This document shows, piece by piece, positions 51,495 to 59,968 of a stretch of 59,968 bases of DNA (its first letter is position 1; every line of letters starts with the position of its first letter). The stretch spans positions 1 through 59,968 of the forward strand of contig JAUCBJ010008550.1 of the NCBI GenBank assembly GCA_032718475.1. The letters are read 5' to 3'. The notes beneath the pieces were generated by a model, which made no database searches, was not told the origin of the DNA, and saw only the letters and a list, made by a program, of their open reading frames with translations. The position numbers and the translations under genes are program-made. Source of the stretch: Nemertoderma westbladi. Lineage: Eukaryota; Animalia; Xenacoelomorpha.

Positions 51495-52574
51495 TAGTGC
51501 CCACGATAATGCGATTAAATGACCGTGGGCACTAAAGGTACTGAGACATTAGTGCCCGCAGGCACTAATGTCTCGCGGGAACTAACGTCCCAAGACCCTC
51601 CCACACACCCCAGCTAACATGGTAGATCTTATGGTAGAACTTGGGCTTAGGGTAGAACTCACTTCCAGCCAATATACCATCTATAGTACCTGCAGTATTT
51701 TTAATTATTATGATAAATCACCCAGGAATAGATCTTTTCTACAGAAAGGATATTTGGCAATTATCAAAAAAACGTCACACAAAATGGTGATTTTTAAACC
51801 TTTACTTTTCTTTCTTTTGGCTGATGATATCATTTCTAGGTATGTTAATTGATAGCAAAATGATGGAATCGAAAGTTTACGGATATTGTTACATCAATAA
51901 ACAAGCTTGTAAAACAACTCGTTTTTCATTCGAACTTTCTGTCTCTGACGAACTACAAAAATTATTAAATTACTTTGATATAAAAGTACACATGTATGAT
52001 GAAATATTAAAATTTTTAGTATTTTACAGCAAGCATTAGATTTATAAAAGTGAAACAAATTGAAAAAACTTCCTTCCATCACCGTTTTGCCATACTTTAT
52101 TTCAATTTTCTGACACCACCTCATTTCTGTCCCTGACAATTCTGTCTCTGACAAATGAGTTGTACTTTTGTGTCTGGAGGGAAATTTAAATTACATTACT
52201 AGCTATTAGTTTATAATGGCAGTGATTTTTTATGTCCTTTTATTTGACTTTTTTGTCCTTTTTTTTTACGAATTATGCATAATGACTTTTGTTGTCCTTT
52301 TAATGACTTTTATTGTCCTTTTATAATGACTTTTTATGTATGTATTTCTTCAAACTGTCAGACTGTTGATTTCTGGACTGTCAGACAGTTGATTTCACTA
52401 TGCCTGTGCCAAAACATTCCATGATTCCATGATTTATAGACTATGAGATAGATTTCCATATGCGCCTGTGGTAAAAAGACTCTATATTTAATAGTTTGTG
52501 GTTGTTGTCGATAATCGATTACCACATGACGTAGCAAAACACTCATTTTATAGCCAAAAACAATTACCAATTGA

Positions 52575-53333
52575 TGGAAAGGAGCAGGTTAAGGCCGAGT
52601 TTTCTAACCAAAACAATAAACAGTCACTTTACCAAATCAGGGAAAGGAGCAGGTTACAGAGACGGGATTTTCTAACCAAAACAATAAACGATCATTTAAC
52701 TAATTGAGGGAAAGGGACAGGTTACAGAGGCGGAATTTTCTAACCAAAACAATAAACGATCACTTAACTAATTGAGGGAAAGGAGCAGGTTACAGAGGCG
52801 GGATTTTCAAACCAAAACAATAAACGATCATTTAACTAATTGAGGGAAAGGGGCAGGTTACAGAGGCGGGCCTTTCTAACCAAAACAATAAACGGTCACT
52901 TTACCAATTCAGGGAAAGGAGCAGGTTACAGAGGCGGGATTATCTAACCAAAACAATAAACGATCATTTAACTAATTGAGGGAAAGGGGCAGGTTACAGA
53001 GGCGGGATTTTCTAACCAAAACAATAAACGATCATTTAACTAATTGAGGGAAGGGAGCAGGTTACAGAGACGGGATTTTCTAACCAAAACAATAAACGAT
53101 ATCATTACCAATTGAGAGAAAGGAGCAGGTTACAGAGGCGGGATTTTCTAACTAAAACAATAAACGATAACATTACCAATTGAGGGAAAGGAGCAGGTTA
53201 CAGAGGCGGGATTTTCTAACCAAAACAATAAACGATCACTTAACTAATTGAGGGAAAGGAGCAGGTTAAGGCCGGATTTTCTAACCAAATCAATAAACAG
53301 TCACTTTACCAAATCAGGGAAAGGAGCAGGTTA
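52575..53333 (+). repeat. 68-bp minisatellite (about 11 units) nested in the Sola element
   Basis: GGGAAAGGAGCAGGTTACAGAGGCGGGATTTTCTAACCAAAACAATAAACGATCATTTAACTAATTGA repeated with a 68-bp period. Confidence 0.95.
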
Positions 53334-54230
53334 TCCGTAACACTACTCAGACAGTAGTCATGATCCATTATTGATTATAAAACTAATACAGTAATAGGCC
53401 TAAATTATGTGATAGGTATATCCACATTTTCCACAATCCTGCAATCCAGTTTGGCCTATCAATTATTTAAAATTTATTAGCACAACCGGTAGGCCTACCA
53501 TTACCGTATTTAAATGGTAGGCTACACAGTAGGCCTATAGCAGTACCGGTGCCGGTACCGGTACTAAAATACAGAAATACCTGCTTTATAGCTACATGTG
53601 TACATACAATACAGCAAAATAGTGCTATATATACTAATACCGGTACTGATAGCCTGAGAGAACAGCAGTAGAGAAACCGGTAGCATGGAACCTAACATTA
53701 GACTTTTGGAGGACATAAAAAATAAAAAAAAAAGGACAAAAAAAGGATTTAACGGACAATAAAAATTATTGCGGTTTATAATCATCATGTATATGACTTA
53801 GTTGAAATGTGTCCAAGTTTTGGTATTATCAACATGCAGACATTCCTGCTAAATTCAGTATTTAAATATTCTGTCCCTGACAGAACTGATGTAATTCTGT
53901 CCCTGACAACTACTGTAGTTTCTGTCCCTGACTGTCATGTCTGTTCTATTTGTTTTGGTACACATACTCTGTTGTTTGCCCAAAATTATCAGGTAGGCAT
54001 TGGCTTCACACAGCTGGCTTTCAATTCAGTTATCCACCTATTGCTGACCTTCCCCACACACAGGAAGCAGGGCTACTGGTTTTGGTTTTAAATAGACTAC
54101 CGGTACCGGTACCTATTTATTTGTAATAATGTATGTAAATAGTAAGGAGTAATTTGAGAGCATGATGAAGTAGGTAGGCCTACTACAGAACTAATTGCTA
54201 TGCTAGGTCTAGGTTATTTTAAATACAACA

Positions 54231-56593
54231 ATGGTTAAACCTGGTAGAGAGCGGCAGGCTGCCTATGAAAAACGTAAACGCAACGAACTCGGTAACGCAT
54301 CATTTAAAGAAAATCAGCGGCTTCGAAAACATGAATATCGTAGGAAGCTAAAGATTGAAAATCCTGAAAAATGTAACAAAATCAAGAAAATCGACCGTGA
54401 TTACAAGCTTAAAAAAAATAAGGAAAGTTAACAAGGGGTGGCACTGACACAAACAGTTCAGGTTCTGCTTCTCCTGTTACAACAGCGTCTCCAGCCAGAA
54501 AGTCAGGATTTTATAATAGACAGACATTATCTAGGTCTGTCAATAAAGTCCACTGAGTGTTAGAGAAAACAGCTAGCCCAACGAAGCAAAAACAAATATT
54601 ACAGTCACTTGTTTGTTCTCTTTCACCTAAGAGCAAATCCACTGTCATAAAGGATTCCTGTGGTCGTCACTCATTGGAAGAATTGGGAAGACGTCAGGAA
54701 ATAATCAAATTCCTTGAGTCACCAGATATATCATACTGTTGTCCTTCAAAGAGAGATATGGTATATATTGGAAAAGTCGAAAATAAATCAATCTTTAAAC
54801 CGAAACATTATCTATTATGGAATCTCAATGAAACTTTGGCATTGTACAACAATTCCAACATTATTCAAACATCATACGGCACACTCCATACTATTGTCTC
54901 AGAAGAAAAACATATATTTCTAAATGTGGATATGCCGAATGAAACCTGCAGATGCAATCTGTGTGAAAACCTGGAACTCATACTTATCAAGCTATCTAAC
55001 CTACCTGCCAAACCTGAACAATTAATGCTGAGGCTACACCCATGTCTGAAGACCAGTTTTGATGGAGATAGTTGTCCTGGTATGTCAGCTATCACTGATG
55101 ATGATGTGTCTACAATGCAGCAACAAGAATCTGTTCTCTACCATCAGTGGGTTGATATGCCTATTGCTAAGGGAAAAAAACAACCAAAGAAAGTGCAGAT
55201 AGAAGAAACAGGTAGAGAATTCATAGAAACTTTATTTAAAAAGTTAAAGCGATACTTTTGTCACATGTATGGCTTTCTAAACCAGCACCGAGAATTGCGC
55301 TACTTGAAAGAAAATCTACTCCCAGGTCATGTAATTATTAGTGTTGATTTTTCACAGAATTATCGTAATGCTCAACTAAACGAAATCCAGAGTGCCTACT
55401 ATGGAAATCAGTCCTTTTCCATATTTACTGCAGCAATCTATTTCTCTTCTGTTGCTGTCCAATCTACATGTGATACCGGTACTATTCCATCTATCTACTC
55501 TAGTGTTAATCAGGGTGATGACTGTGATGGCTCTCTTATAGATAATAATGTTGAGGAAATACAACAAAAGGGAAGTCTTGGACAGAAGTCATTTGCAATA
55601 GTGTCTAATGATATTAAACATAGTAAATACATGGCTTTCGCATGTTGCAATAAGCTGATAGGGTCAGCACATCATCTTATCGAACCAGTTAAGTTACAGC
55701 ATATACACATATGGTCTGATGGCTGCTCGCAGCATTTCAAATCTCGGTTTACATTTGTATTGTTGAATGAATATCCTAAGGACTGCTCGGTTACTTGGAA
55801 CTATGGTGAGTCACACCACTTTAAAGGCCCTCACGACGGAATAGGAGGGTTAGTAAAACGGAAAGTCTATAGTGATGTCAAGGGTGGAAAGGTTGTTATA
55901 GAACAAGCAGACCAATTCGCCAAATACGCTAATGATCATCTTAATATTGAAGACCTGTACATGGATGCAGATGACATCACAACTGTCCGCAATGAAATAG
56001 AGAGAAAAGTCATATATGCAAAGCGTGTAAAAGATACACTCAGGATACATCAGATGAAACAAAAGCAGCAAATAATAGAGTTCTATAACCATTCTACATA
56101 CAGGAATAAGAACATAAAACCTGTTTTTCAATCAACATTTAGAATGCTATTGTCATCCAATCCAGATCTAATCTCACCCATTCTCGAATCTGATTCAGAT
56201 TCGGAATCGAATTTAGAGTCAGAATCAGAAGCCCCACCATCTGATAGAATTATATCCGATTCTCATTATGCACCTATCATGTATCCACTGAAAACAAAGA
56301 TTCTTCCTGGAGCATACGTTGTTGCTCAGTTTGTGAACTTTGTTTCTGTTGGTGTAATTCTATCTAGAGAATCACCAAATAACTTAATCCGGGTCAAATT
56401 CATGCGTAAGAGTGTTACTTTTTCTGGACTAACTGTTTTCAAACGGCCTGATAATGTCGATATATATGATGTGACTGAATCTGCCATCTGTGGCTTGCTT
56501 CCATCCCCGGCATCTCTGGCCGAGGAACCTACAAATTCGAAACTGATCTATCCATATATGAGAATATTAAATAGATTACACCGTATTCAATAA
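54231..56593 (+). pseudogene. Sola2-like DDD transposase with a disrupted N-terminus
   Basis: Motifs VDFSQNY, EIQSAYY, HIWSDGCSQHFK, WNYGESHHFKGPHDGIGGLVKR. Frameshift near the A-run at ~54411-54420 and an in-frame TGA at 54554; the catalytic part is open for 678 codons. Confidence 0.8.
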
Positions 56594-57589
56594 ACTAGTA
56601 GGATACTGTATACTCTATCTATATCCAATATAATATTTTATATATACCGTGCTCACTACTAAGGCATACTCCATAAACTTTTCAAATTTAACTACTTAAC
56701 CACTAATGGAAATAAATTTGTAATGAAAATTCAATCATTAATTTGATAAATTTTCACAAAACCCTATAGATAATCAGTTTAAAATTTTATGAAAAGCAAT
56801 ATTATGTAATAAAAAAACATTCTGTCCCTGACAGCACCAAGTTATGTTAATTACTTTGTATGTCATGCACCTTAGTTCCCAGAATCCCCAGATTGTTCAG
56901 ATTTATCAGAAGCTAATAGTATTCCATCAAAGAAATATTGATTTATGTTGCAAATAACATACCAAATTTTAACTGCCATCTATCAAATTTCTGTCCCTGA
57001 CAAGAATCTATTTTTGATAATTGCCATTTGATGACACAAAAAGTAGGCGATCTAAATTTACTCTGTTAACCTGTACTATACAGTACAGCCAATATAATTC
57101 CAGCATATACATTGTGGTTTAAATTTTAGCCAATGAGACTCAAGCAAATCCAATTGTCAACAACTGGAACTTATGTACTGTAAAACAACACACACACATG
57201 TTAATCACTCTGATTTTAGCTGAAGGATCAGATTTTGCTTTTAGATACTGTATATCCAAACTTTAGGATTTTTTTATTATTAACATTGATTTTGTCTTTG
57301 TCTATTATTACAAATATCCTGTCACACTCACCACAGTACAAGTGTGATGGAAATCCCAAATAAACTGGGATCAGTTGTAATACAAGATGGTAGTGCAAAA
57401 ATGGTTGTTCTAAACGACTGTAACAAGAGAATTCTTACCGAAGCTCCTACGTTTCTGGAAAACCTAGCAGTGATAGAAAGTTCAGATGAGATTGTAATAG
57501 AAGGTACATCATATAAAATAAAGCGTAAAGCTGGGAACATATTGATCCTCAAAACAATAGCATAGTTCAACTTCATAATCAGTAGGCCT

Positions 57590-58610
57590 ACAACCACGGG
57601 GCAGTGAAATTGACACAAACAAACCAATAGCCGGAGATACCAGCAACACAGAATGGGAACAACTGGCTCAGGCAATGATGAAACGTTTGGTCGGCAGTAT
57701 GGCCAGCACTGATGATGGACCTCATGCCTTACCTGCGGAACAAAGCTCTTGATTGGAAGTCTCAGAGACGCTCACTGCAGACCACCCTTTCCAAGACAAG
57801 TTATAGCAAATCTACGCCATAGGAGGCGATTGAATTGCAAGATTTTGCTAGTTATGATGACGTACAGTGGAACAAGTCAGGAGGCAAGTCAGGAAATCGC
57901 ATCATGTCCTCAGGGGCTCTGTTATCAGCCTTACTGACACACATTAGATACAGGAGTGCCCTATTTCCTGAAGATCGCGAAGCTATGCTCATGTATTATA
58001 CTAATCTACAAGACATGGTGCCACACTATAGCTTTGAATACCTAGCAAGGATAGACAGAGACCATCGACTGCGTGTTGAAGTGGGGACAGATTGGGACAA
58101 AGAAATCCATATAAGGAAACCCAATCCGGAAGATTTAATACACTCCTGCTACCGTTGCCTCCTGCTACACTCCTGCTACCTACTATCTTTATACAGATGC
58201 AACATTGTTTGCTATTGGAGTAGTCTGCGACAATCAATGGTTTGCGATGAGCTTCCCAAATTGGTTAGTAGATTATAAAGATGACATTCAAGTTAAAGAG
58301 CTCATAGGTGTAATTATGGCAGTACTACTGCTTAGACACAAATATTCTGGGAAACGTCTGCTCATTCACACGGACAACTTGTGCAATATCGCCTTAGAAA
58401 AAGGCAGCTCAAATAATAAACGAACAATGGCGATGATACGCCAACTCTATACAGTATGTACAAAACATGGGTTAATGGTATACACAAAAACTATCTACGG
58501 ACTAACGATAATATAGCCGCAGATATGCTCAGTCGGCTTCAAATAGAATGATTTCTTCAGGAATTCCCACATTCAGAAAATAACCCAGTAAATGTATTAG
58601 AGGCGTATTG
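57590..58610 (+). mobile_element. Degenerate DIRS/Ngaro-like (tyrosine-recombinase retrotransposon) remnant: gag-like segment + RNase H
   Basis: RNase H pattern W......IQVKELIGVIMAV.....SGKRLLIHTDN.....KGSS....MAMIRQL...G..../AADMLSRLQ...F....P. Upstream FPEDREAMLMY...L.D....Y.......DRDHR resembles Ngaro gag. RT and recombinase were not found. Confidence 0.65.
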
Positions 58611-58784
58611 ATGGCATGCTGTCCATTATCCGGAACTTTCTTTAATTTCTACCCATTTTCTTAGTTCCTCTTGCTTTTTATTTTTTTTTCGTCTCATCAT
58701 CGTCTTTATTAATTAGAACAACTGTATCTTGCTCTTGAAGTTCTTCATTTGATTGGCCCACTACTGTGGTTACATTTTCGATTC

Positions 58785-59968
58785 AGGTCAGGTCAGGTAT
58801 TCTAGGTCATTGATCAAGAAAACTTGCCACCTACATGCAGCATAAAGGAGGTGCCACCTGTAGCTGCATAGACCCTCTTACTAGGGCAAATCTGGCCCTG
58901 TAACTAGGACCCCCTTCGTTCTGGGATAAGGATGCCCTTGGTACTGGATTAAGGACCCATATACTTGGCTGCAGGGGTATATGGCCTGGCCAGGCAGATG
59001 GTGATCAACCAATGGCGCTGGTCAGGAGTAGAGTGTTCTCATGTCCACTCTGAGTGCACTTCACTGCGACCTGCACCTGGCAGCAGGGGTACAGGGCATG
59101 ACCCAGCAGATGAGCTGCACAGCCAATGGTGGGTCATGTGTGCCAGAGTAGATATGGGTGATGGGCCTCATATCTAACTCCACTGCGACACCCACCCTGT
59201 GGAATGACAAACCAGGGTGTGGTATTTGCCCCGAGAGCTGACTCGACAAAAATGCACCCCCCACTATGGATTACATTAGTAATGCGGAGGTCCGGCCACT
59301 AGAGGCCAGTGGAATTACTGGACACAATCGGCCTCACAGGCGTCAGTTATCTCCTGACTGGCTGCCTGTCTCACCCCCTACTGGAGAGAGAGAGCAGCCA
59401 ACAATTCTTCGAGTCCCTCTCCTGGTGACCTTTCTGGCCCAAACCCTGGGTCACCAGGGAGGCCAGATTTTGAGGGGGAGAGGGATTATGGAGTTGGAGG
59501 CTACTCTCATGTTCCACCCCGACTAACAAAGCCATTGGTGAATCTGAGGCAAGTCACTAGACTAGCCTCAGTAAACATCCTAACACTCGGGTCCCCAATG
59601 CGACAAGGTGAGCTAACTGCCTTGGCAGATAAGCTTTCTCTTAGCGCAGTGGGTGTTCAAGAGCACCGAATGCAGTCTGGACAGACTGATGAGGTTCTGA
59701 TTAAGGACATGGGGGGCAGTTGGCGACTCGCCCTCGCGTCAGCAGATGATAGTGGCAATGGTGGTATTGGTCTATTGATGAATCCAACTGCACATGCAGC
59801 ATTGGACAAAATAGACCAAATCTCTAACCGCATTGTAGAGGAGGTGGAAAATTTCTACCACCATCTACAAGCAGCTACTGATGGAGTGGATCAGCATGCA
59901 TTCTTAATATTCGTGGGAGACTTCAATGCAAGTCTGCATCAATCACCTACATCTCCCTGGGTCTATAG
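58785..59968 (+). mobile_element. 5' part of an RTE-clade LINE (GC-richer 5' region + APE endonuclease), running off the window
   Basis: From ~59550: RLASVNILTL...AVGVQEHR...GNGGIGLL...ISNRI...ENFY..L.......LIFVGDFNA (APE motifs). The YAPT segment is deleted in frame. The 5' boundary is approximate. Confidence 0.78.

Larger units (their letters stand above)
51756..57025 (+). mobile_element. Sola-type (Sola2-like) DNA transposon
   Basis: TIR GGCAATTATCAAAAA / TTTTTGATAATTGCC, 4-bp TSD ATTT on both sides, repeated subterminal CTGTCCCTGACA motifs, internal transposase. Confidence 0.8.

Noticed and set aside
58785-59300. HDV-like ribozyme at the RTE 5' end
   Set aside because: Plausible for this clade, but I could not build the nested double pseudoknot by eye; it needs a covariance or descriptor search.

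Overview
Repeat-rich, AT-rich eukaryotic (animal-type) genomic DNA. The only host gene is the 3' half of a small-conductance Ca2+-activated K+ channel (SK/KCNN) on the + strand: five exons (1555-1690, 4984-5094, 5951-6078, 20036-20179, 21045-21333) covering the pore, S6, the calmodulin-binding domain and the C-terminus. Its 13,957-bp intron (6079-20035) is almost entirely two tandem arrays made from its own splice sites. One is ~12.4 kb of a 25-bp repeat carrying CAG|GTAAGT; the other is ~1.5 kb of a 15-bp AT repeat ending in the acceptor AG. Every decoy donor or acceptor leads to an immediate in-frame stop. The rest of the window is a nest of mobile elements: a piggyBac-type MITE, a CRE-like non-LTR element, RTE fragments, an inverted Gypsy remnant, a tRNA-SINE with a 63-bp minisatellite, a Sola-type DNA transposon and a DIRS/Ngaro-like remnant. 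It also holds a very young 15.4-kb BEL/Pao LTR element that lacks RT and integrase but carries a ~1,400-aa extra gene with a DEDDy (WRN/EXD/MUT-7-like) 3'-5' exonuclease signature and zinc knuckles, and has no tRNA-type primer binding site. All family calls come from motif recognition by eye; no searches were run.
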